Assembly (NCBI GenBank): GCA_044866005.1
Contig: JBIOTN010000011.1
Location: 1-19,575 of the forward strand
Direction of reading: 5' to 3'
Length of the DNA stretch: 19,575 nt
Origin: Candidatus Rokuibacteriota bacterium
GTDB taxonomy: Bacteria > Methylomirabilota > Methylomirabilia > Rokubacteriales > DASRDR01
In this document: in pieces, positions 1 to 7,319 of the stretch
How the letters are laid out: each line of letters starts with the position of its first letter
Numbering within the stretch: position 1 is the stretch's first letter
Made by a program: the position numbers and the translations under genes
Notes under the pieces: model-generated
The model's input: only the letters and a program-made list of their open reading frames with translations
Told to the model about the DNA's origin: nothing
Databases searched by the model: none

Positions 1-10
1 GAGGTGCAGG

Positions 11-1597
11 ATGAAGCGACTTGGGATGTGGGTTGCGGCGGGCGCCTTGATCCTCGGATCGGCCCTGCCGGCGCTGGCCCAGCCGCCACCGGGTCCGACC
101 GTGAGCTTCGGCGGCGAGATGCGGGTCTTCGGCTTCGTCTTCGACAACATGCGGGACTTCACGGATACGACGCCCGGCGCCGCGCCGGACGCGAACTGCG
201 GCCGCTGCAAAGACAGCGATTCGTTCTACTTCATGCGGTGGCGCTTGCGCACCACGGTGGAGTCGGCCGACAAGAAGGCGCGAGCGGTCTGGCACGTCGA
301 GGTCGGTGACATCGTCTTCGGGAACGGCGGCGGCGCCTCCGGCAACGAGTTCGGCACGGCCGGGTCCGGCCAGACGGCACCCGGGGCGAGCACGACCAGC
401 GCCAGCGCGCGCGTGGGCAACGGCTCGGGCGGCGGCCTCGGCAACGACGGCATCAACGTCGAGACCAAGAACGCGTACCTCCAGTTCGAGGTGCCCTTCC
501 TCCCGATCGCGACCCTCACGGCGGGGCTCCAGGGCGTCGGCTTCCTCAGCATGCCGGCCGGCGACTTCTTCTCGGACGACGCCGCGGCGATCCGGCTCGA
601 CCTGAAGTTCGATCCGGTGGACATCCAGTTCTACGCCGCGAAGCTCAACGAGAACAGTCTCGCGAACCCCGATGACAACGACATGTACACCGTGCGTGCG
701 GGCGTGAACCTGACGAAGGACATCCGGTTCACGGTCGAGGGCATGGTCATCGACGAGCACTGCTTCGCCCGGAAGAACGTCACCGGGGCCCCCGGGGTCG
801 CGGCCGGGCCGGTGGTCGGCGGGCCGGCGATCACGACGGCCCCCGCCACGACGGCGACCGGTGGCTGCGTGAAGGCCGATTTGGGCGACAGCTTCTGGAT
901 CGGCGCCACGGCCTCGGTGGGCGTGGCCGGCATGAAGCTGAGCGGCATGGCCGTCTACGGCGAGCGCGCCCTGTTCTCGGCCACGAACCAGGCGAACATC
1001 AAGGAGAAGGGCTTCGGCTTCATGGGGACCGCGCAGGTGCCGGTCGGGCCGCTCGCGGTATGGGGCCACGGCTGGTGGATGCGCGGGGACGAGAACCGGA
1101 TCGTGGGCGGCGGCGACGGCCTCTGCGGCGCCTGCAACCCGTCCTCGACCAAGAACATCGCCGTGGGTCAGGACTGGGCGGTCAACTCCAACACGACCCG
1201 GCTCAACAAGAACTCCGACAAGCTGCCCCTCCCGGCCGCGAACGACAGCTACAACAGCGCCCCGTACGTGGGCGAGTGGCTCACCGGCCTCGGCATCTGG
1301 GGCGGCCCGACCGGCATGAACGCCAACGCCATCGGCGCCGACGAAACCGGCACCTGGGGCGTCGGCGGCTCGGTGCTGTTCTCGCTCCTCCCGAACTTCA
1401 CGGTCGGCGGCGGCGTCGCCTACGTCGAGCCGGAGACCGGCACGGCGACCTTCGGCGACCGCATCATCGAGGTCGACGCGGGCGCCGCGTACAAGGTCAA
1501 CGCGAACCAGAGCATCGATCTCCTGGCCGGCTACCTGTTCCCCGACAAGGGCGACGACGCCTGGGGCGTGGGCGTTCGGACGCGCTTCGCCTTCTAA
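11..1597 (+). CDS. Outer-membrane beta-barrel protein (porin-like, resembling deltaproteobacterial OmpJ/homotrimeric porin types), paralog 1
   Basis: 528 aa. Sec signal peptide (MKRLGMW...ALPALA|Q), alternating amphipathic beta-strands, motif GGGLGNDGINVETKNAYLQF, C-terminal BAM-type signature ending in Phe (VRTRFAF). SD GAGGTG at 1-6, strongly C/G-ending codons, followed by a strong terminator. Confidence 0.8.
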   Translation: MKRLGMWVAAGALILGSALPALAQPPPGPTVSFGGEMRVFGFVFDNMRDFTDTTPGAAPDANCGRCKDSDSFYFMRWRLRTTVESADKKARAVWHVEVGDIVFGNGGGASGNEFGTAGSGQTAPGASTTSASARVGNGSGGGLGNDGINVETKNAYLQFEVPFLPIATLTAGLQGVGFLSMPAGDFFSDDAAAIRLDLKFDPVDIQFYAAKLNENSLANPDDNDMYTVRAGVNLTKDIRFTVEGMVIDEHCFARKNVTGAPGVAAGPVVGGPAITTAPATTATGGCVKADLGDSFWIGATASVGVAGMKLSGMAVYGERALFSATNQANIKEKGFGFMGTAQVPVGPLAVWGHGWWMRGDENRIVGGGDGLCGACNPSSTKNIAVGQDWAVNSNTTRLNKNSDKLPLPAANDSYNSAPYVGEWLTGLGIWGGPTGMNANAIGADETGTWGVGGSVLFSLLPNFTVGGGVAYVEPETGTATFGDRIIEVDAGAAYKVNANQSIDLLAGYLFPDKGDDAWGVGVRTRFAF

Positions 1598-1619
1598 GAG
1601 AACCTCGGTTCCAGTCACC

Positions 1620-1657
1620 CGACGCCCCGGGGTCGGCCCCGGGGCGTCGCTTTTTCT
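1620..1657 (+). terminator. Rho-independent terminator of porin paralog 1
   Basis: Perfect 13-bp stem CGACGCCCCGGGG / CCCCGGGGCGTCG (1620-1632/1637-1649), loop TCGG, followed by CTTTTTCT. Confidence 0.9.
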
Positions 1658-1678
1658 GGCGTCGGCCGCGGGAGCCGG

Positions 1679-1687
1679 TGCTATAGT
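1679..1687 (+). promoter_or_regulatory. Putative extended -10 promoter for porin paralog 2
   Basis: TGcTATAGT just downstream of the terminator in otherwise GC-rich DNA; no convincing -35. Confidence 0.5.
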
Positions 1688-1791
1688 CGCCGGCTGGAAC
1701 CGCCGAAGGGTGTCGTCAGCCCCGGCCCGGGACTCGAGGCGTCGTCAGGATGTGCCTCCGCCAACCCCGCAGGTGACGGGAGGTGCAGCGG

Positions 1792-3360
1792 ATGAAGCGA
1801 CTTCCGATGCTGGCCGCGGTCGGGATGCTGATCCTTGGCGTCCCCATCCCGCGGGTCCTCGCCCAGCAGCAGGCCGGCTTCACGGTCAGCTTCGGGGGCG
1901 AGATGCGCCTCGTGGGCGTGGTGTCGGACAACATGTCCGACTTCGTGGACACCGGCAAGGCCAGCGTGCTGCCAGGCACCGTTCCCTCGCCGACCCGGAA
2001 CAAGGACAGCGAGTCGTTCTACTTCCAGCGCTGGCGGCTCCGGACGACCGTCGAGTCGATCGACAAGAAGGCGCGGGCGGTCTGGCACCTGGAGGTCGGG
2101 GACCTCTTCTGGGGGAACCTGGGCGGCGCATCCGGGGCCGAGTTCGGCGGCGCGACCGCGCGCGTGGGCAACAGCTTCGGCGGGGCGCTCGGCGCCGACG
2201 GCGTCAACGTCGAGACCAAGGGCGCGTACCTCCAGTTCGACATCCCGGGCATTCCGAACGCGAACCTCCTCGCCGGCATCCACAACATCCGCTTCCTCGA
2301 CACCCCCGCCGGGGGGTTCCTGGACGACGACGGGGCGGGCATCCAGCTCAACCTCAAATTCGATCCCCTCGACCTCCAGCTCTACGTCGTCAAGGCCAGC
2401 GAGAACACCCTCGCCAACGCCGACGACAACGACCTGTACGCGGCGCGGCTCGGCGTGACGCTCGACAAGGACTCCCGCCTGACCCTCGAGGGCATGATCG
2501 TCAACGCCCAGTGCTTCACCCGGAAGAGCGCGACCGGGCCGCCCGGCGTCGCGCCCGGGCCCGTGATCGGCGGGCCGGCGGTCACGGTGGCGGGTCCCAC
2601 GACGGCGAGCGGGGGATGCGTGTCGGCGGACTTCGGCGAGACGTTCTGGGTCGGCGGCACCGCGGCCACGAAGATCGCCGGCATCAGCCTCGACGGCGCG
2701 ATCATCTACGGGCGGCGCGAGCTCTTCTCCGCCCCGCTCCAGAAGAACATCCGCGAGAGCGGCTGGGGGGCCCAGCTCGTCGCGCGCGCGCCCGTCGGCC
2801 CGGTGCAGACCTGGTGGCTCGGCCGGTACACGTCCGGCGACGACAACCGGATCGCGGGCGGGGGGTGTCACACCTTGCCCACGGCCCATCCGCTCTGCAA
2901 CCCGCCCTCGGGGCCGCCGTTGCTCCCGGCCGGCCAGGACTTCTCCACCCGGTCGTTCTCGACCAACCTCACGCGCGACTCCGACAAGCTCCCGATCATC
3001 ATCGCCGGCACCTCGTGGTTCACGGTGCCGTTCATCGCGGAGTACATCTTCGGCCTCCCGACCCTGGGCGCGCCGGGGGTGGCCGGCGCCACGCACTACG
3101 GGGACCCGTCGGGGACCTGGACCGTCGGGGGTTCGGCGATCCTGCCCCTGTCACGGGCGCTGGCGCTCGGGGCGGGCGGCGCCTTCGTCGCCGCGTCCGA
3201 GGGCACGGGCGTCTACGGCGACCACGCCGTCGAGCTCGACGCGGGGGCCCTGTACACGTACAACGCCAACCTCTCGATCCAGCTGATCGCCGGGTACGTT
3301 CTCCCGGACAGAGGGGACGACGCCTGGGGCGTCACCTGGCGGACCCGGTTCGCGTTCTGA
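1792..3360 (+). CDS. Outer-membrane beta-barrel protein (porin-like), paralog 2
   Basis: Start placed at ATG 1792 behind SD GGGAGGTG, matching the start context of paralog 1 (ATGAAGCGACTT in both). Signal peptide; colinear with paralog 1 (TVSFGGEMR, RWRLRTTVES.DKKARAVWH.EVGD, NVETK.AYLQF, GDDAWGV..RTRFAF). Confidence 0.8.
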   Translation: MKRLPMLAAVGMLILGVPIPRVLAQQQAGFTVSFGGEMRLVGVVSDNMSDFVDTGKASVLPGTVPSPTRNKDSESFYFQRWRLRTTVESIDKKARAVWHLEVGDLFWGNLGGASGAEFGGATARVGNSFGGALGADGVNVETKGAYLQFDIPGIPNANLLAGIHNIRFLDTPAGGFLDDDGAGIQLNLKFDPLDLQLYVVKASENTLANADDNDLYAARLGVTLDKDSRLTLEGMIVNAQCFTRKSATGPPGVAPGPVIGGPAVTVAGPTTASGGCVSADFGETFWVGGTAATKIAGISLDGAIIYGRRELFSAPLQKNIRESGWGAQLVARAPVGPVQTWWLGRYTSGDDNRIAGGGCHTLPTAHPLCNPPSGPPLLPAGQDFSTRSFSTNLTRDSDKLPIIIAGTSWFTVPFIAEYIFGLPTLGAPGVAGATHYGDPSGTWTVGGSAILPLSRALALGAGGAFVAASEGTGVYGDHAVELDAGALYTYNANLSIQLIAGYVLPDRGDDAWGVTWRTRFAF

Positions 3361-3383
3361 GCGCCCGCCGCACCTGACGGACC

Positions 3384-3420
3384 CCGGGACGGCTGCGTCC
3401 CGGCGGTGTTCTTTCCCCTT
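3384..3420 (+). terminator. Possible weak terminator after porin paralog 2
   Basis: 8-bp stem CCGGGACG-gctg-CGTCCCGG (3384-3403) followed by an offset pyrimidine run (tgttctttcccctt). Confidence 0.4.
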
Positions 3421-3447
3421 GATTCCGTCGGGGTCCGACCGGACAAT
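3419..3447 (+). promoter_or_regulatory. Putative sigma70 promoter for the hypothetical-ispB-DUF62 unit
   Basis: TTGATT (3419-3424) - 17 nt - GACAAT (3442-3447), upstream of GAGG and ATG 3466. Confidence 0.5.
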
Positions 3448-3465
3448 GGGTGCGACGAGGCTGCC

Positions 3466-4374
3466 ATGAGCCGGTTCCTCCCCTGCGCGATCCGGGTCTC
3501 CGCCTTCGTGGGCGCGCTCGTCTTCGGCGGCGTGCTCGTCGCCGGGGGCCTCGGGGTCGGGATGGCCCAGCCGGCGCCCGCCCGCGTCCGCCTCGCGCTT
3601 CTCCCCCAGTGGACCATCAACCAGCATCGGGCCGCGGTCAGCCCCGTGGGAGGCCGCGTGCTGGCGCCGGAGCTCCGTACCGCGGTCGAGAGCGGCGTGA
3701 CGGACGGGGTCGTCTTCTGGTGGCGCCGCGGGGCGATCGAGCGGAGGAGCCTCGTGCCGAAGCCCATCCGGGTCCTGCCGCCCGCCGAGGCGGCGCCGCT
3801 CGGGGCCCGCGGGACGTTCCAGCTCGTGAACGTCGTGCCGCCGAGCGCCACCGCGGCCTGGACGACCGTGGAGGTCGCCCCGCAGAGCGGCCAGCCGGGC
3901 GACGTATTGGTGCTCGAGGTGGGTGGGGAGCTCAACACGATCACCCAGGTGCTCGAGACGCTGCTCGTGCTCACGCCGGCCCGCGGCCTGGAGGAGCTGC
4001 CCCTCGCCCGCCGGGCGCTCATTCCCGCCTCCGGCGTGCCGGTCGTCAAGGTACCGTTCGGTCGGCCCGTGGCCCTGGCTGACGGCGTCCCCGTGCCGCG
4101 CGGGGCCGAGGGGATCGAGTTCCTCGTCGCGCGGAGCCAGGTGGACGTCGTCACCGACGGTGATACCACGCCGAACGGCGCGGCAGACCGCGCGACGACC
4201 CACGTGGGCGACTGGCGCGAGGGCGATCGCGTCTTCGTCCGGCTGCCGCTCGCGACCTTGCGGGCCGGCGCGCCCGCCATCGTGCTCGGCTGGAAGGACC
4301 GGACTCCCAAGCCGGACCCCGGCGACCGTCCTGACATCCGCCAGTCCCGGCTCCCGGGCCTGCTGTTCCGCTGA
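3466..4374 (+). CDS. Hypothetical secreted/periplasmic protein
   Basis: ATG 3466 with GAGG SD, hydrophobic N-terminus ending in GMA|QP (signal-peptide-like), typical GC3-biased codons; no recognised family motif. Confidence 0.7.
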   Translation: MSRFLPCAIRVSAFVGALVFGGVLVAGGLGVGMAQPAPARVRLALLPQWTINQHRAAVSPVGGRVLAPELRTAVESGVTDGVVFWWRRGAIERRSLVPKPIRVLPPAEAAPLGARGTFQLVNVVPPSATAAWTTVEVAPQSGQPGDVLVLEVGGELNTITQVLETLLVLTPARGLEELPLARRALIPASGVPVVKVPFGRPVALADGVPVPRGAEGIEFLVARSQVDVVTDGDTTPNGAADRATTHVGDWREGDRVFVRLPLATLRAGAPAIVLGWKDRTPKPDPGDRPDIRQSRLPGLLFR

Positions 4375-4428
4375 GCCGCGCCGCGCCCCCGTGAGCGGCC
4401 CCTCCTCACGATCGGCCTCGAGCGCCGC

Positions 4429-5430
4429 GTGAACCTTTCCCTGGAGGCGACCCTCCGGGATCGCCTGGGCCGGCTGATCGGCGACGAGCTCCGCGGGTGC
4501 GAGGCCGAGATCCACCACGAGCTCACGAGCTCACCGGTCCCGCTGATCCGCGACCTCGGGGAGTACGTCGCGCTCGCAGGCGGCAAGCGGCTCCGCCCGA
4601 TCCTGGTGCTGCTGAGCGCCCGCCTCGCCGGCGGCGGCCCGGGACCGCGCGCCGCGCGCCTGGGCTGCATCGTCGAGCTCCTCCACACCGCCACGCTGAT
4701 CCACGACGACGTCGTGGATCAGGCGCCGCTGCGGCGCGGTCATCCCTCGGCCAACGCCCGGTGGGGGGACGACGCGTCCGTGCTGGTGGGCGACCACCTC
4801 TACTCGCGCTGCATGGCGCTCCTCGTCGAGGACGGCGACCTGGGGGTCATGAAGGCCCTGGCGACGGCCATGGTCTCGATGACCGAGGCCGAGGTCTTCC
4901 AGCTCGAGCGGAAGCGCGACGGCCGGCTCACCGAGGCGGACTACCTGCGGATCATCCGACAGAAGACGGCCACGTTCATGTCGGCCTGCTCCCGGATCGG
5001 CGGGATCGCCGGCGGGCTCCCGCCGGCGTCGGTGGACGCGCTCGCGGGCTACGGCGAGCACCTCGGGATCGCGTTCCAGATCATCGACGACTCGCTCGAC
5101 TTCGACGCCGACGAGGCACGGTTCGGCAAGGCGATCGGCACGGACCTGCGGGAGGGCAAGCGGACGCTCCCCCTGATCGCCACCCTGGAGCGCGCGGCGG
5201 CGGGCGAGCGCGCCCGGATCGTCCGGACGCTCGGTCGGTCCGACGTCGGGGAGGCCGACGTCGCCGAGGTGCACCGGCTCGTCAAGGTCTACGACGGCGT
5301 GGGCTATGCGGTCGCCCGGGCCGGCGCCTACGCGGCGGAGGCGACGGCCCGGCTGGCCGGCTTCCCGCTCTCGGACGCGCGCGAGGCGCTCGAGCTCATC
5401 GCGGAGTATGTGATCCACCGCGACCGATGA
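4429..5430 (+). CDS. ispB: Long-chain trans-polyprenyl diphosphate synthase (octa/heptaprenyl-PP synthase family)
   Basis: GGKRLRP, FARM ATLIHDDVVD..LRRG (small Ala five residues before the FARM indicates long chain), VLVGD, KTA, SARM AFQIIDDSLD, GK.IGTDLREGK.TLP. Confidence 0.9.
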   Translation: MNLSLEATLRDRLGRLIGDELRGCEAEIHHELTSSPVPLIRDLGEYVALAGGKRLRPILVLLSARLAGGGPGPRAARLGCIVELLHTATLIHDDVVDQAPLRRGHPSANARWGDDASVLVGDHLYSRCMALLVEDGDLGVMKALATAMVSMTEAEVFQLERKRDGRLTEADYLRIIRQKTATFMSACSRIGGIAGGLPPASVDALAGYGEHLGIAFQIIDDSLDFDADEARFGKAIGTDLREGKRTLPLIATLERAAAGERARIVRTLGRSDVGEADVAEVHRLVKVYDGVGYAVARAGAYAAEATARLAGFPLSDAREALELIAEYVIHRDR

Positions 5431-6392
5431 GCGGAACGCGTGCGACGCCGAGCGGCGTCATCACGCTTCTCACCGACTTCGGCCTGGAGGACCCCTACGT
5501 CGGCATCGTGAAGGGGGTCATCCTCGGCATCAATCCGGCCGCGCGCCTCGTGGACCTCACCCACCGCGTGCCCCCGCACGACGTCCTGCGCGGCGCCCTG
5601 GCCCTGGACACCGCGTATCGCGTCTTTCCGCGCGGCACCGTCCACCTCGCGGTCGTCGATCCCGGCGTCGGCTCGCCGCGCCGGCCGCTGCTGGTCGAGG
5701 CCCACGGCCACGTCTTCGTCGGTCCGGACAACGGGCTGTTCGGCTTCCTCCTGGACGCGGCCGACGCCGTTGCGGTGGCGCTCGAGAACCGCGCCTACCA
5801 CCGGACGCCGACGAGCCGGACCTTCCACGGGCGCGACATCTTCGCGCCGGTGGCGGCGCACCGGTCGCTCGGGGTGTCGCCCCGCCGGTTCGGCCCCGTC
5901 GTCGGCGATCCCGTGCGCCTCGCCTGGGCCCGCCCGCAGCGCCGAGGCCATCAGGTGGTCGGCCAGGTCCTTCTGGCCGACCGGTTCGGCAACCTGCTGA
6001 CCAACGTGACGGTCGCGGACCTGCCGGGGCCCCCCGACGCGTGCGTGGTCGAGATCGGCGCGACGCGGATCGAGGGAGTGGTGGGGACCTACGCCGAGCG
6101 GCCGGGAGGCGCGCTGGGCGCGGTGCTGGAGAGTTCGGGGCGACTCGAGATCTTCGTCCGGGAGGGGAGCGCGGTGAAGCGGCTCGGGGTCGCGCCGGGC
6201 GCGCCGGTCACTCTTTGGGCGAGGGCGCCTTCGGCGGGGGTGCCGGCGCGGTCGCGGAGCTCGACTCCGCCTGCCCCCCCGACCCGGCCGCGCCGTCGCC
6301 CGACTTCGACCCCGCCGGGCTCTCGGCGGCCGCGCCGCCCTTCTTCTCCGCCTCCATCGCCTTCTTCCGCGACTCGGACGGGTAGTCGGTGA
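5427..6392 (+). CDS. DUF62 / SAM hydroxide adenosyltransferase (SAM hydrolase; chlorinase/fluorinase superfamily) with an extended low-complexity C-tail
   Basis: ATGA overlap with the ispB stop. Motifs ITLLTDFG..DPYVG, VHLAVVDPGVGSPRR, FVGPDNG, SRTFHGRDIFAPVAA, DRFGNLLTN. The domain ends near 6215 but the ORF runs to TGA 6390-6392. Confidence 0.9.
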   Translation: MSGTRATPSGVITLLTDFGLEDPYVGIVKGVILGINPAARLVDLTHRVPPHDVLRGALALDTAYRVFPRGTVHLAVVDPGVGSPRRPLLVEAHGHVFVGPDNGLFGFLLDAADAVAVALENRAYHRTPTSRTFHGRDIFAPVAAHRSLGVSPRRFGPVVGDPVRLAWARPQRRGHQVVGQVLLADRFGNLLTNVTVADLPGPPDACVVEIGATRIEGVVGTYAERPGGALGAVLESSGRLEIFVREGSAVKRLGVAPGAPVTLWARAPSAGVPARSRSSTPPAPPTRPRRRPTSTPPGSRRPRRPSSPPPSPSSATRTGSR

Positions 6393-6552
6393 CGTGCCAG
6401 CCACCGCCCTTCAGGATGAACGGCGCGGGCGCGAGAAGCCGGTGGACCGGGCCGTTGCAATACTGGCAGGTCGTCAGGGGCGCCGCCGAGATGCGCTGCC
6501 GCACCTCGTAGACCCGCCCGCAAGCGTCGCACTCGTACTCGTAGGTCGGCAC
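6208..6552 (-). CDS. FmdB-family zinc-ribbon putative regulatory protein
   Basis: GTG start with GGAG SD. MPTYEYECDACG...CQYCNGPVHRLL.....ILKGGGWHVTDY is the family signature, followed by an Ala/Ser/Gly/Pro-rich tail; 114 aa. Confidence 0.9.
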   Translation of the reverse strand: MPTYEYECDACGRVYEVRQRISAAPLTTCQYCNGPVHRLLAPAPFILKGGGWHVTDYPSESRKKAMEAEKKGGAAAESPAGSKSGDGAAGSGGQAESSSATAPAPPPKAPSPKE

Positions 6553-6585
6553 CGGTGCTCCGCGTCCCCCCTGGCACCGCCGGGC

Positions 6586-6614
6586 AACAAAAAGGGAGCG
6601 TCCCGCGCTCCCCC
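6586..6614 (-). terminator. Intrinsic-terminator-like hairpin inside the FmdB 5' leader
   Basis: Minus strand reads GGGGGAGCG-cggga-CGCTCCC-TTTTTGTT: a 7-bp GC stem plus U tract. Confidence 0.7.
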
Positions 6615-6637
6615 GTCCGGCGTGATCGTCTATCCGC

Positions 6638-6666
6638 TGTATACCGCGCCACTCCGCGACTGTCAA
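6638..6666 (-). promoter_or_regulatory. sigma70 promoter facing the FmdB gene
   Basis: Minus strand TTGACA (6666-6661) - 17 nt - TATACA (6643-6638). Confidence 0.7.
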
Positions 6667-6712
6667 GGCGCCGCGCTCCCGCCGCGCGCTAAGTGCCCTT
6701 CCGGCTTTTCGT

Positions 6713-6741
6713 TTGCGGCCTCCCACTGCCCCTGTTACCAT
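6713..6741 (+). promoter_or_regulatory. Divergent sigma70 promoter for gamma-CA-hisS-aspS
   Basis: TTGCGG (6713-6718) - 17 nt - TACCAT (6736-6741) with extended TGn. Confidence 0.6.
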
Positions 6742-6785
6742 TTTGCTGCTCACGGCGCCCACGCGTGGCCGTCATCGGAGGCGTG

Positions 6786-7319
6786 ATGATCCGCCCCTTC
6801 CAGGGGAAGCTGCCGCAGATCCACGAGACGGTGTTCGTCGCCGATACGGCGGACGTGATCGGAGACGTCGTGATCGGGGAGCACTCCAGCGTCTGGTTCC
6901 AGACGGTCATCCGCGGCGACGTGAACTACGTTCACATCGGCCACCACACCAACATCCAGGACGGGACCGTGATCCACGTCGACCGGGGAGGCCATCCCGT
7001 CGAGATCGGCGACCACGTGACCCTGGGGCATGCGGTCCGGCTCCACGGGGCGCGCATCGCCTCGCACTGCCTCGTCGCCATCGGCGCGATCGTGCTGAAC
7101 GGCGTCGTCATGGACGAGGAATCGATCGTCGCCGCGGGAGCCCTCGTCACGCCTGGCACCCACATCCCGCGCCGGACGCTGATGATGGGCAGCCCGGCTC
7201 GACCGGTGCGGACGCTCACCGATTCGGACCTCGAGCTCATCCACCGCCCGACGAGCAACTACGTGAAGCTGACGGCCGTCTACCGGGAGGAGAAAGAGGA
7301 CGGTCCGGGCCCGGCATGA
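6786..7319 (+). CDS. Gamma carbonic anhydrase family / hexapeptide-repeat protein (YrdA-like)
   Basis: ATG 6786 after GGAGG. VIGDVVIGEHSSVWF..VIRGDVN.V.IG..TNIQDG.VIH, VTLGH.V.LHG (three His metal ligands), left-handed beta-helix repeats. Confidence 0.92.
   Translation: MIRPFQGKLPQIHETVFVADTADVIGDVVIGEHSSVWFQTVIRGDVNYVHIGHHTNIQDGTVIHVDRGGHPVEIGDHVTLGHAVRLHGARIASHCLVAIGAIVLNGVVMDEESIVAAGALVTPGTHIPRRTLMMGSPARPVRTLTDSDLELIHRPTSNYVKLTAVYREEKEDGPGPA

Noticed and set aside
197..1135. CxxC motifs as c-type haem sites (porin-cytochrome conduit)
   Set aside because: The motifs are CGRCK and CGACN, not CxxCH, and no cytochrome gene is adjacent in this window.
1694..1760. Glycine riboswitch-like words (CGCCGAAGG ... 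TCAGG) in the porin 2 leader
   Set aside because: The GGAGA and CTCTCAGG core elements and a convincing P1 stem are missing; likely chance.
4497..5426. N-terminal extensions in the ORF track for DUF62 (also hisS from 6713, tyrS from 17125, pok from 13450, FmdB from 6762) suggesting fusions
   Set aside because: The extensions lie over neighbouring genes or promoters; the true starts are supported by ATGA/GTGA coupling, SD motifs or family N-termini.
5427..6215. SAM-dependent fluorinase/chlorinase
   Set aside because: It retains the Asp/Arg/His hydrolase pattern (VVDPGVG..RR, TFHGRD) of DUF62 enzymes rather than halogenase-type residues, and has no secondary-metabolite context.
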